The notes under the pieces: model-generated
Told to the model about the DNA's origin: nothing
What the model saw: only the letters and a program-made list of their open reading frames with translations
Databases searched by the model: none
Source of the DNA: Eledone cirrhosa
Taxonomy: Eukaryota
DNA: 64,000 nt
Assembly (NCBI GenBank): GCA_964016885.1
Contig: OZ024741.1
Coordinates: 338,396,001 to 338,460,000 of the forward strand
Direction of reading: 5' to 3'
Translations under genes and position numbers: made by a program
In this document: piece after piece, positions 1 through 14,760 of the stretch
Layout: each line of letters begins with the position of its first letter
How positions within the stretch are numbered: position 1 is the stretch's first letter

Positions 1-282
1 CTAATTTAAGTTCACATGGTAAATGATGGTTAAAAGACTTAAAATACTCATGAAATGCTAAAAGTATCCCCCATTACATTACAAATACTTCTCAGATTCA
101 GAGAATATAAAATGCTGAGTCATGGCACCTGTCTCAAAGATTTATGCAGTTCTTAGAATTTCCTTAAAATAAATCCTTGTTGAAATATGGCAGTAGTGTA
201 CAACAATTAAAACAAACTGTTAGTTTATTGTGGATTACTGTATGTGTTGTATGTTCACTAAGAAAGAAAGGAAGAGAGAAAG

Positions 283-582
283 TGTGTGTGTGTAAGAGAG
301 AGGGAAATAAATAGAGAAAAAAGAAAGAGAGGGTGAATGGGAGAGAGAGAGAGAGAGAGAAAGAGACATAAAGAAAGAGAGGAGGAACGTAAGAGAGAGA
401 GAGAGAAAGAGACATAAAGAAAGAGAGGAGGAACGTAAGAGAGAGAGAGAGAAAGAGACATAAAGAAAGAGAGGAGGAACGTAAGAGAGAGAGAGAGAAA
501 GAGACATAAAGAAAGAGAGGAGGAACGTAAGAGAGAGAGAGAGAAAGAGACATAAAAAAGAGAGGGTGAATGGGAGAGAGAG
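283..582. repeat. GA-rich ~42-bp minisatellite (more units at 44160-44537)
   Basis: Unit GAGAAAGAGACATAAAGAAAGAGAGGAGGAACGTAAGAGAGA. Confidence 0.9.
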
Positions 583-608
583 AAATAGTGAAATAATGAT
601 ATATTTAC

Positions 609-788
609 TTGAAACACAGGCGACGTTGATTTTATAATCACAGGTTAAACTTTCAGGATTGAAATAAAGGCCATCATTACAATTCATCTCACGACGAAAA
701 AATCCGTTGGGTGTTGGTTCACACACAATGTACTTTTCACAACGGTAAGGATGCTTGCAAAAATAGGTATTTTGACAGCTGCAAAACT
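609..788 (-). CDS. Exon 2 (CBM14 domain 1), gene copy A; downstream exons lie outside the window
   Basis: Same splice sites as 44563-44742, with three substitutions. Confidence 0.92.
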
Positions 789-1851
789 CTAAAATGATAA
801 AAAGTAAATAATTTTCATAAACAGATAGATAAATATTGTCTATAATATTAGAAGAACCCCATGCATTGCCCACATTTCAAAATAGCAATCTACATTCTAG
901 GTTCAAATCCAGCCGAGGTTAAGCTTTGACTTTTATCCTTACAGATTCGTAAAAATAAATACCACTAATGCATTGGATTCGATTTTATTCAGTTTCTCCT
1001 CCTCCAAAAATTGTTAGCTTTGTACCTAAGTCAGAAAGAGCATATAGTTAGTAAGAAATTCTGAGGCATTTTTAATCTGATGCCCTAACACAACTCTATC
1101 AATTTGCCACACTAAAGCAAATGTTTATAAGTATCATTAGCTTCAGTTATTACTCTGTAATTACTATCTGTTATTACAGTTATTACTATCTGTTCTAAAA
1201 TTCTGAATTGTTGACTTAGAAGCAGGTCGACATATTTTGTTTAGGTGTAAGGTTGCTTGAATTGGTTTTTGAATATATTAAAGGTATTTATTTTATTCAT
1301 CTTCCAGAGAACTAAATAGCAAAGTTCTGTTACAATCACTGTTTGAGATTGAGGAATGACTGTACAATAGAAATGCTAACCAAACATGTGATGGTTGATC
1401 TTCTACTAGACTTGTGGGTTCATGCTCTCAGTAAAGACTGCAATAGTATTCAACATATTTCATTTTCAGAGTCCAGGATCAGTATGCCATATAAACCAGA
1501 ATTTCTGGGTATATGAACAATCATCAAATTTGAAAAATAGCAATTTGATAAATTAATGGTTTGCATAAGAGAACCCCTGTAGTTTATGTTGATTACTGAC
1601 ACATGGAAGTGATTAAAGATAAAAATGTTCATTTAAATAATTTTTTTTTAAAGATATAATTGCATAAATGTTCAGCATGTATATACAAATGACATACACA
1701 ATTAAATGTATTAGTAACTTTGGAGAAATAACTATTTACAGGGATAAGAAGCCAGGATCCTATGATTGAAAAGCAAACTTCTTATAGCAAAATGATTGAG
1801 ATAGGAAATGCATTGTGTGCATGTGTGTAAATTTTAAAGAGTTACAGACAA

Positions 1852-1933
<82 letters not shown>

Positions 1934-2025
1934 ACACATATATATATATACATATATATATATATACACATATATATATATACATATATATATATATACA
2001 CATATATATATATACATATATATAT

Positions 2026-2062
<37 letters not shown>

Positions 2063-2063
<1 letters not shown>

Positions 2064-5000
2064 ATAGAGCAGGAGAAATCGTAGAAATGCTAGAGCGAAA
2101 GGAAGTTGATGTATGCTGTGTGCAAGAGACTAGATGGAGAGGAGGGTCTGCTAGAGTCCTCGTAGGAAAAAGCCAGTGCTACAAATTTTTCTGGGTGGGA
2201 AATGACGATGGGATGGGTGGTGTAGGTATACTATTAGCTGACAAGTGGGTAGATAAAGTAATCTCAGTGTACAGGGTAAATGCAAGAATCATTAAACTCA
2301 GACTAGTCCTGAATAAGACAATTACCACAATAATATCAGCTTACGCACCCCAATCGGGGCTGCCAGACGAACTTAAGGATAGGTTTTACGAGTCCCTAAT
2401 ACACACTACTGCTCTAACAGACGACAAGGACTTCCTAATCATTGCAGGAGATTTTAACGGACACGTAGGTAAACACTGCGACGGCTTCAATAGAGTACAT
2501 GGAGGCCATGGAGTTGGCACAAGGAATGAGGAAGGATTCAGACTTCTAGAATTCTGCGACGCCAATGACATGTCGATATGTAACACAAACTTTAAAAAAC
2601 CCGACAACCACCTGATCACCTATAGATCAGGGGAGCACTCTAGTCAGTTAGATTTTATCCTCATCAGAGGACGTGACAGATGGACGGTCGTAAACACAAA
2701 AGCCTTCCCTAGTGAGGAATGTACATCCCAACATAGCTTAGTTGTCAGCGACCTCACGGTCAGAACTAGACGAGCCCTGAAACAGAGGCCAACCTGGAGA
2801 AGAAAGATCTGGAAGCTGAAAGTCCCCTCAACCAGTAACAGATTTAAAGATATTTTACTCAACGCCTACGACAGTAAAGAAGAACAGATAGAGACATTTA
2901 ACGTAGAAGAGAACTGGGAGTTCCTAAAAAATAACTTACTAGAGGCGACGGATGAGGTTTGTGGCTGGAGTAAGACCTCAAGCAGGAGGAGAGTGACTTG
3001 GTGGTGGAACAATAAGGTAGATGAAGCAGTCAAGGCCAAGAGACAGTCATGGAAAGAATGGAAGAACGGAGGGAGCAGGGTACATTACATAGAGACCAAG
3101 AGGGAAGCTAGGCGACAAGTATACTTAGCTAGGAGGGAAGCAGAGGATAGAAAATTCAAGCATGTTTTACAACGTGAGGACCAGAAACAGGAGGTATTCA
3201 AGATTGCGAGGCAGTGTGTCAGAGATAGTTGTGATGTCATTGGAGAGAAGTGTATCCGGAATGATAAAGGTGAGCTTGCCCTCACAAGTGCTGAGAAGAA
3301 AGATGCATGGAAGAGTCATTATGATAGATTACTAAATGAGGAGAATGCATGGGAAGAGGAGACCCTACCCCACGTAGACCCTATAGAGGGACCAGCAGTA
3401 CAAGTCAGCGGCAGCGTAGTAAGTAAGGCAATCAGAGATATGAAGATAGGGAAGGCAACCGGTCCATCGGGTATAGCTGCCGAGATGCTGAAGGCATCTG
3501 GGTCTGTAGATCACACTATAACCACACGTATCGTTAACCAGGTAATACTAGAGGGGGCCATACCAAAAGATTGGTGCAGTAGCATCATTGTCAACTGCTA
3601 CAAAGGTAAAGGCGATGCACTAGATAGAGGAAACTATAGAGGTATAAAGTTGATGGACCAGGTCATGAAAGTAACAGAAAGAGTTATAGCACAGCTGATT
3701 AGGGACCGGGTGAATATAGACGAGATGCAATTTGGGTTTGTACCAGGGAAAGGCACCACTGATGCCCTCTTCCTTGTGAGGCAATTACAGGAAAAGTACC
3801 TAGCTAAATGTAAGCCACTCTACTTGGCATTTGTCGACCTTGAGAAAGCCTTTGACAGAGTTCCACGTGCAGTAATCTGGTGGGCTCTTAGAAAACTAGG
3901 AGTAGATGAATGGCTTGTGAAAGCGGTACAAGCCATGTATAGGGGAGCAGTCAGCAAAGTTAGGATTGGCAATGAGTATAGCGAGGAATTTAGCGTACAG
4001 GTTGGGGTCCACCAGGGCTCTGTTCTTAGCCCTCTCCTGTTCATCATAGTCCTGCAGGCAATAACGGAGGAGTTTAAGACCGGATGCCCATGGGAACTCC
4101 TGTATGCTGATGACCTCGCACTCATAGCTGAATCTATGGTAGAACTAGAGAATAAATTCCAAACCTGGAAGCAGGGACTAGAGAGAAAGGGCCTCAAAGT
4201 CAACATGACAAAGACTAAGGTCCTTATAAGTAGACGAGAAAACAGAACCCAGATCCCCTCAGGGAAATGGCCTTGCTCAGTATGTAGGAAAGGTGTAGGT
4301 AGGAACTCCATTCTCTGCCCCAAATGCAAACAATGGGTACACAAGAGATGTAGCGGGATCTCAGGAAGCTTAATTAAGAATGTAGGATTCACATGCAGCA
4401 GCTGTGCTGAAACAGCAAGCAAACAGCCACAGGAAACAAGTACCACCAATCTCTGGGATGGCCCTGTAGAAACAGTAGACAGCTTCTGCTACCTAGGTGA
4501 CCGAATTAGCAACGGAGGTGGGTGCTCAGAAAGTACAATAACTAGGGTAAGAACGGGATGGAAGAAGTTTAGGGAACTACTACCACTGCTAGCTGCAAAA
4601 GGCTTCTCCCTCAGAATGAAAGGCAGACTGTATGATGCATGTATCCGAACAGCGATGTTGCATGGTAGTGAGACCTGGGCGTTGAAGGTGGAAGACTTAC
4701 GTAGATTAGAGAGAAACGAAGCCTGCATGCTCCGATGGATGTGTAACAGTAATATACGTGAACGACAAAGCATAAAGGAATTGAGAGAGAGACTGAGCAT
4801 AAGAGGAATCAAATGCTGCGTGCAGGAGAGGCGGTTACGCTGGTATGGACATGTGATGCGTATGAAGGATGACAGCTGCATAAAAAGGTGCAGAGCACTA
4901 GAAGTTGATGGAAACCGTGGAGTGGGGAGACCCAAGATGACTTGGGATGAGGTGATAAAAGCCGACCTTACCCAACTACACCTCTCAAAGTCAATGACAC

Positions 5001-5368
5001 ACGACCGTGACTTCTGGCGTCACGCAGTAATACAGGGTACCCGACCTCCCATGGGTACATGCTGAAGCATATAAACAATATGCCCCCCCCCCCCCCACCG
5101 CAAGGTGGCCGTGGAGGTGCCACGGCAAAAAAGCACCCAGCCCACACTGTAAAGTGGACGTGTAGGCGCCACGAAAAAGCACCCAGCACTCACTGTAAAT
5201 GAGGTTGGTGTTAGGAAGGGCATCCAGCTGTAGAAATCAAGCCAGATCAGTTCCTGTATGAGCAAGGCATGGTCAGCCGACCAGACACTGCCCACAACAG
5301 GACAACCCGTCTAACCCATGCTAGCGTGGAAGAACGGACGTAAAACGGTGATGATGATGATGATGATG

Positions 5369-5370
<2 letters not shown>
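2063..5370 (+). mobile_element. RTE-clade LINE, nearly full length, slightly 5'-truncated
   Basis: APE endonuclease motifs (VQETRW, AYAPQ, GDFNGH, LDF), RT motifs ([24 protein letters not shown]), RRLRWYGHV, (GAT)n tail; flanked by (TA)n. Confidence 0.95.
2087..5065 (+). CDS. RTE ORF: AP endonuclease + reverse transcriptase with PHD-like zinc finger (992 aa)
   Basis: Uninterrupted ORF with the motifs above. The first endonuclease motif appears to be lost at the 5' junction. Confidence 0.9.
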   Translation: MLERKEVDVCCVQETRWRGGSARVLVGKSQCYKFFWVGNDDGMGGVGILLADKWVDKVISVYRVNARIIKLRLVLNKTITTIISAYAPQSGLPDELKDRFYESLIHTTALTDDKDFLIIAGDFNGHVGKHCDGFNRVHGGHGVGTRNEEGFRLLEFCDANDMSICNTNFKKPDNHLITYRSGEHSSQLDFILIRGRDRWTVVNTKAFPSEECTSQHSLVVSDLTVRTRRALKQRPTWRRKIWKLKVPSTSNRFKDILLNAYDSKEEQIETFNVEENWEFLKNNLLEATDEVCGWSKTSSRRRVTWWWNNKVDEAVKAKRQSWKEWKNGGSRVHYIETKREARRQVYLARREAEDRKFKHVLQREDQKQEVFKIARQCVRDSCDVIGEKCIRNDKGELALTSAEKKDAWKSHYDRLLNEENAWEEETLPHVDPIEGPAVQVSGSVVSKAIRDMKIGKATGPSGIAAEMLKASGSVDHTITTRIVNQVILEGAIPKDWCSSIIVNCYKGKGDALDRGNYRGIKLMDQVMKVTERVIAQLIRDRVNIDEMQFGFVPGKGTTDALFLVRQLQEKYLAKCKPLYLAFVDLEKAFDRVPRAVIWWALRKLGVDEWLVKAVQAMYRGAVSKVRIGNEYSEEFSVQVGVHQGSVLSPLLFIIVLQAITEEFKTGCPWELLYADDLALIAESMVELENKFQTWKQGLERKGLKVNMTKTKVLISRRENRTQIPSGKWPCSVCRKGVGRNSILCPKCKQWVHKRCSGISGSLIKNVGFTCSSCAETASKQPQETSTTNLWDGPVETVDSFCYLGDRISNGGGCSESTITRVRTGWKKFRELLPLLAAKGFSLRMKGRLYDACIRTAMLHGSETWALKVEDLRRLERNEACMLRWMCNSNIRERQSIKELRERLSIRGIKCCVQERRLRWYGHVMRMKDDSCIKRCRALEVDGNRGVGRPKMTWDEVIKADLTQLHLSKSMTHDRDFWRHAVIQGTRPPMGTC

Positions 5371-5407
<37 letters not shown>

Positions 5408-5411
5408 TATG

Positions 5412-8072
<2,661 letters not shown>

Positions 8073-8079
8073 TATATAC

Positions 8080-8162
<83 letters not shown>

Positions 8163-8167
8163 TGTAC

Positions 8168-8531
8168 CACATGGCTTAGTGGTTAGAATGGAGGCACATG
8201 GCTTAGTGGTTAGAGCATTGGCCTTGCAATCGAATGGTTGTGAGTTCAATTCTCAGACCGGGTGATGTGTTGTTTCCTTGAGCAAGACACTTATTTCACA
8301 TTGCTCCAGTTTACTCAGCTGTAGAAATGAGATGATAGGGACTGGCATCCACATCATTCCACTGCAAAGTGGTCGTGGAGGCGCCACGGCAAAAAAGCAC
8401 CCAGCACTCACTGTAAATGAGGTTGGTGTTAGGAAGGGCATCCAGCTGTAGAAATCAAGCCAGAATCAGTTCCCGTCCCACCCTTGCAAGCAGGGAAAAG
8501 CGGACGTAAAATGATGATGATGATGATGATG
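8168..8531 (+). mobile_element. tRNA-derived SINE with CORE-like centre and RTE-derived 3' end
   Basis: A box TGGCTTAGTGG (8199-8209), B box GAGTTCAATTC (8242-8252), CCTTGAGCAAGACACTT core-like motif. 8360-8465 is nearly identical to the RTE 3' UTR at about 5150-5250. (GAT)n tail. Confidence 0.85.
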
Positions 8532-8829
8532 ATATATATATATATATTATATATATATATAAAACGAAGGAAATATATATATATATATATATAACGAACG
8601 AAATATATATATACAAACACACATGATGTATTATTATGATTGATAGCCCATTTAGCATTGGAGCCCTATCGTATGGAGATATCTAGTTTAAAGATTGGAA
8701 GTTATCCATATATTTTCATGTACAAAAATGGAAGAAATAGAACAGGAGATGAAATAAAGGAGAGAAAAAAAGAGAATGATGAATGTTGAGAAAGAAGAAA
8801 TTATCTTCCTGAACAATCAAATCAAAATT

Positions 8830-9160
8830 ATCTTCCTGAACATTTCAGAGATCAGAGAGTCGTTCCAGGTAGAGCTGCTATTTCTCCAAATTGAGATCAT
8901 AGTTCCAGTACTATGGGCAATTTGGTTAGAATGTCTCAGGAAAGAATTGCTGGACAGATTTTACGGGCAAAACCAACCAGCAGGAAACCCAGGAGTAGAA
9001 GAAACCTGAATAAGATGGTTGGATAACATCCATGGGCTTTGCTGGTCTTGCTTGGTGGGATCTAATCAGATTAATTGTAGATGGTTGCATCTAATAGGAC
9101 CTGTTGGAATGAGTGTTTAAGGACTCTCTCAGGAATAAGTTGGCAAAGAAGAAGAAAAAG
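8830..9160 (+). mobile_element. 3' fragment of a second RTE family (also 52763-53093)
   Basis: Homologous to the reverse complement of 41630-41950. Confidence 0.7.
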
Positions 9161-9231
9161 AAAAATATTTATTAAGGAATTTAGAACAAACATTATTGTA
9201 ATCATAAATGAGAAAATACTGAGATACTTAC

Positions 9232-9313
9232 GGTCCAAGTTTTGACCAAATATCATCCCAATAGACAGCAAAAGACAGACCGCAAAAAGTTGTTGAGGGC
9301 CTTGCATTTTCAT
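9232..9313 (-). CDS. Exon 1 (signal peptide), gene copy A
   Basis: Identical to 53165-53246. Confidence 0.85.
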
Positions 9314-9363
9314 TGTGTTACAGAGTATTGCTATGTATGTACCTATATCTTCATGCAAAAGAG

Positions 9364-9397
9364 GATTGAAAGTCTGTCAAAATCTTGTATTTATATA
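9364..9397 (-). promoter_or_regulatory. Core promoter, copy A: TATATAAA plus Inr-like TCAATC
   Basis: TATA at 9397-9390. The A of TCAATC is at 9367, 30 nt from the first T and 54 nt upstream of the ATG. Confidence 0.65.
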
Positions 9398-9457
9398 GAA
9401 CAGAGCCTGTGAAAGTTACTATGCATGTGTATTTACACGTGTTTAGATTAGAAATAT

Positions 9458-9668
9458 TCATCATCGTCATCATCATCGCCATTGCCTTCGTCATCGTCAT
9501 CATCATCGCCATTGCCTTCGTCATCGTCATCATCATCGCCATTGCCTTCGTCATCGTCATCATCATCGCCATTGCCTTCGTCATCGTCATCATCATCATC
9601 GTCGTCGTCGTCATCGTCGTCATCGTCATCATCATCATCATCATCATCATCATCAATAATAATAATAT
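9458..9668. repeat. 30-bp CAT/CGT minisatellite grading into (CAT)n; one unit shorter in copy B (53391-53571)
   Basis: Unit CATCATCGCCATTGCCTTCGTCATCGTCAT. Confidence 0.9.
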
Positions 9669-10579
9669 TATGTGAGAAAGAAGGTGGAGCTAGTGCAAGT
9701 TTTGTCCGTCTCCCAGATCCTCCTACACCCTGACACATGTTTATTTGCAACGTATTAGAGCTAATATCTACATAAGCAACTAGGCATTTTTATTAAAGAA
9801 TTAATAAAAGGCTTTAATAAAACCACAAAGGTAATTGTTTGAAAAAATATTCTTATTTTTTTAAAAAAAGCTTTACATGTTTTTTATGTTCAATTTCTTT
9901 ATTTCTATTGCTTTAATTTCAAGATTATTTTATATATAAGAAATGAGAGAATTTTAATTTGAATAGAGAAATAAATAGCTTGATTGTGTTTTCAAGGACA
10001 GAAGACTAGTTATGAAAGTTGCATAAGCTAGAATATAAAAAGAAGAGACTAAATTATTCTCCCTTATCCACACCTTTGTGAATAAATTACTATCTCTTCA
10101 CAACAGAGTCTTTAATCACAAACCGGTTTAAACTCATTTTTATCCATTCACTCTTTTATACATTTCTGTTTCAATGAATTCATTCTGACAAAGACAACAA
10201 AAGTCTTTAAAAATATGAAGAAGGTGGTTCCTGTTTAACATGATAGCTTTTAGATAGATCATTACAAAAATACAAACTCTTCAGCGACGCTTAAGTCGTT
10301 TTTTGCTTTATTGCTTGTAAAATATATATATGTGTGTCATCTCCCTCTCCTTCATCTACAAAAAAATGAGAGTAGGATGTATAATTGTGTGACCTGGAGT
10401 CTGTTTAAAAGGAAAGATATTTGCTATACAATGTCAGGTTACTTAGTAAAAAAATGAATTTATTCGTAAATATTTCTTATAGGTTTACAAAACTGTGAAT
10501 TAAACTTCTCAAGGGAGACTACTAGTCTTTATTTTTATATTTTCCTTATAAGGATTTATTAAGTTTTCATAATTAATAC

Positions 10580-10765
10580 GGTGGATTGGCAGTATCGGTA
10601 GAGAGTCAGGCGCCATGCTTTGAAGCATGTAGTTACCTCCCTTTATGATCTGAGTTCAAATCCCGCCAAGGTTAACTTTGCCTTTCATCCTTACGGAGTC
10701 GATAAAATAAAGTACCAGTAATGCACTGATATAATTGCTGGCCTTGTGCCAAAAGTAGAAACAAT
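10580..10765 (+). mobile_element. SINE with conserved central domain (relics also at ~895-1030, 37075-37220 minus, 40390-40530, 40850-40940 and 54483-54668)
   Basis: TGGCAGTATCGG A-like box, GAGTTCAAATCC B box, then the shared GCCTTTCATCCTT..GGAGTCGATAAAATAAAGTACCAG motif in several dispersed copies. It resembles the Deu/Nin-type SINE domain (from recall). Confidence 0.75.
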
Positions 10766-12239
10766 AATTAATAATATAAATAATGAAAGAAGGGGGAAGG
10801 GGTAAAGAAGGGCAGATCTGGCTGTATAGGAGAGTAAAGGAAAGGACTAAAAATGCCATAAATGAGAAGAAAAGGAAGGAAAGAAGCTAGGACTATTAGG
10901 CCATGGAAGAAATAGAGGGGGAAGGGGAAAGGATGACAGGCCCTGCACCTAAGTTGGGGCAGTAAGGTCTAACCTCAAGGTTTCTGATGAAAGGGTTAAA
11001 GAAAAGTCAAATTTCTACCAGGAAGGATGACTGATCATCTTTAACATTTGACTCTATGTATGATTTCCTTAAGAATTATAGTTGTTTGCAATCCAATAGC
11101 TGTAAAACAGTTCAGATTTTTTCAGATGTTTGGAATATTTCTTGAACATATTTGGTTTTTAGGAAATGGATGAAGAGGAAGAGCATCATGGTTGACACTT
11201 TTAGGAAAAAATATTCACAAGGAAATGGATTACAGTTCTAAGAAGGAAAATTTAAGGGAAGGGTTTAGAGTGAGATCTGGCTGATATGTGATAAGAGGGA
11301 GAGAAAAGATGAATAGGATGTATAGAAGGAATGTATCTAGAGTTCAGAGCAACAGAGACCACTGTAATAGCAAAAACAGCATGCAAGACAGTAATTGAAG
11401 CATTTTAGTGGTTAACTCTTTGACAATTACTTCAATGGCTGTCTTTTCAATTAGTATATGCATCAGTAGATTTTGGTAGTACTCCAGTTTTCTTCTTCTT
11501 GCATTTCGGTTGGTCTCAGGTTGTTGTCATTTGCTTGATCAAGATCAGAGCTCAGTGACCAATTTCCAGAGCCCTCCACGAGGAGGTCAACAAATTTGAG
11601 CTCTAATACTCCAGTAAGGAGAAAGGTTCAGCTCCATCAGACTTAAAATACTCAAGACTCAATCGTGTTCCTATGAATCTATCAGGAGTTACAAATCCAT
11701 TCATAAATTCAGTACTCCAGTGATGTTCTTGAGTTTTATAGAGAATTAGCTAATGATCAGAGCTGAAATAATTGCTGACACTGAAGAGGACTCCTGGCCT
11801 TTCTGGTGCAGTTTTGCAATGTTATATGTGGAATCACCATAAGAGATAGTGATGGATTCAGAGGCCTAGCATTTATAATGACAGCAACTATGTGGGTTTT
11901 AATTGTGTTATTTATGACCAGATAGATTGAGATGCAAGACTGCCTCCTAAATTTATATGGGGATTAAATATTTGTTATCTTGCAAAAGACATGGTTGTCA
12001 TGTCCCTTGTGCATGCTTAACGCTCTTTCCTACATTCTTCTACACGCTACAGTCTTCTACACGCCACGCATCTCAACGTACATCCACTTACATCTCTCTC
12101 TCCACCACCGGATCTTGTTACCCGGAGATTTACCCATCTGCATTGTCGAGGCTTCCAAACGACTTAAAGAAATTTACCTTATTATTCCACAATGCTTCAA
12201 GCAAACTTCAATACTCTCATATATATATATATATATATA

Positions 12240-14760
12240 TATCAAAATGAAAATCCGAAGGCAAGGTAAAATTTCCAATCATTTTAATCACGACACATGT
12301 TTCAATCAGAGAACTTAGAAAAAGCTACTGAAAAACTACACGGGCCAACCTGGATTTAATCAACACGGAGGCCAATAGCGTCATGACTAAACTGGGTATT
12401 GAGGATAAAACCGAACCCTTCCACCCTAGAACTCCGAGGATTTTGTTGAAGCACCACAAATTAAACTTTGAATTATCAAGACCTGTCAGGCTGATAGCCC
12501 TTCGAAGTCGGACATAGGAATCATGAGTAAAAACATCCTTGATAAAATAATGCCCACTCTAGTTATGAGATCGAAGATTAAATTATGGTCAGGAACAGCG
12601 AGGTAATTAACTGGTTTGAGAAGTCGCAGAATAATAATAGCACTAAGTTTATACAGTTCGATATCTCTTAACTACTATTCTTCGATCTCTCCAACTCTTC
12701 TAGGTAGGGCCCTAAATTTTGCTAGCTTACACACCGACCTTACATCTGAAGAAATTAACATTATTCTCCTAGCTAGGAAAACCTTAATTGAGTCCAACGG
12801 TGACTTGTGGACCAGGAAGGATTGGCCGGACAATTTCGACATCACCATGGGATCCACGGACTCGGCCCAGGTGACGGATCTGGTGGGCCTTTACTTCCTC
12901 GACTGTCTCTCAGTGGAAATGCCCACTTGGGAGGCGGCGCTTACCGTGACGACGTTTTATTTACTGTGTCGTTCCGTAATAATAATATGGTAGAGAGGGT
13001 GAGGAAAAAACTAAGCAAATTCTTTAAGAACATAGACCTAAGTATAGTATTTGAAGAGAACTTAAAGATAGTTAATTTTCCAACCCTACCACAAACCCAA
13101 TGAGAATTTAAACTATGTCAACGCTAAATCGAACCACCCTAGAATAGTCACTAACGGTATTACTAAAAGTGTCTCTAGTAGAATTTCAGGACTATCGTCC
13201 AATGAAGATACCTTTAATAGGATCTCGAATTACTATAATAGCGCGGAGCATAGCGAGGGAATCTCATTCAAACGTCCATTAGATAGTAGTAGCAACATTG
13301 CCTGCTATAGCTTAGGCCAAAATAGTGACACTTCTGTTAACAGCAGGCGGGATACGAGGGAGTATCAATATAGACTTCATGTTGTATTGCCTCCTAGTCC
13401 CAATGGAAACAACCACCCAGGTACTAACACGGGGTCAGAGCACCGTAATGCCAGCGGAAACTCTAATTGTAACCTTAATTGTAGAACTGATAAAACGACC
13501 GTTGAACGTAAAATGGAACGAGGGTCGAGTAGAGGGAATAGGGATAAATGTAGTAGGTGCATAGTGGATTTAACCCCGGCTATCGATGGTAATCCAAATG
13601 GCTGCACGGGGGTACACCGCCCCGGACACTTGGGACGATTCCGAAAACAATCGGGACACCCCAGATCCACAGGCAGTTTTCAGTTATAATAGACCGGTAG
13701 CTACTAAGGAGACAGGTACCTCTAATATAGATAGTAAGAACAAGAGGCATCTGACCAGAAAAATCCTGTGGTATAACCCCCTTACTCCACTGGCCTGACC
13801 ACTAGTATAGCTAAGCTTTTCTTTAGGGCCTTAGACAAATGCTTCCCTAGATCACACAGATACTATAAAATATTCAATAGGAATACCATCAAACTGTCCT
13901 ACTCCACAACCAGTAACATAGCTCAGAATATAGCTAAGATGAATTATAGTAGACTTAGGACAGGGGGGGGGATGAGACATGACAGAACTAATGGCAGCTC
14001 TATGGATGAACGGACTCATACACGTGAGGCGAGTCAGGTCACACCAACACCTGAGAACTTACTCATAGAGCAGACAAGAACTGAGACCCGACCCCAAATG
14101 TACCGTGGCTCCTCTGGAACTACTCAGGTCGATAACAGAAAATGTAATTGCAGGAACACCGCCACTTGCCCCATGGCTGGGAAATGCCTCACCAAAAACA
14201 TAGTCTACGACTGCAAGGTCTCCACTCTTGATAGATCCTTCAGGTATGTTGGGGAAACTGCCACTGAATTTAAGGGTAGATGGTATAATCACCGCCATAC
14301 CTTTAATAGATTAGATAAAAAAAATAGCACGGCGCTTTCTGAATTAGTCTGCAAGCTTAAACAACAGATTGCTCAGCCCAGCCTTATAACGGCAGCACGG
14401 GCGTTTGTAATTTGTGTATAGCTGAAACCTTTAATATTATTAGAGGCGGCCCCCTATTAATCAATAGGAGAGCGGATTTTTTCAGCAACTGCCAACATAG
14501 AACCTCGAAAACTTTCCGCAGGATTTTTGGGAAGTAACCTACCACTAACTCCTCCCTCTCTACCTTAGCCATAGAGTTCTCTCAATTAGCGAAAAAACAG
14601 ACAATCACACACTCAGGTAGTTAGACAGCTAAGATCGTTTGCGCACTTACAAACAGTACTCGGCCTGTCTCCACAGAGTTTTCACAGATGAGTGCACTTT
14701 AGAATACCTAGTTAGTAATTAGTTAGATTGATTACACACTCAGAATACCTAGTTAGTAAA
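12240..14760 (+). mobile_element. Decayed Penelope-like retroelement (RT + GIY-YIG)
   Basis: Frameshifted fragments: MGSTDSAQVTDLVGLYFL, YRDD, KILWYNP, CNC...CP..GKC..KNIVY...YVGETATEFKGRWYNH. Confidence 0.88.

Noticed and set aside
1760-2084. YI-, CV-, SL- and poly-D/M/H ORFs here and throughout the window
   Set aside because: Translations of TA, TG, GA and GAT microsatellites, which lack stop codons in some frames.
3820-4935. Long antisense ORFs within the RTEs
   Set aside because: Shadow frames of the RT coding strand.
8190-8265. tRNA gene
   Set aside because: A and B boxes are present, but there is no proper acceptor stem and the sequence continues into a SINE body and tail.
9448-9750. 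Asp-rich ORF resembling an acidic biomineral protein next to a Pif-like gene
   Set aside because: It lies upstream of the TATA box, has no ATG start or signal peptide, and is a simple GAT/GAC repeat. RNA-seq would settle it.
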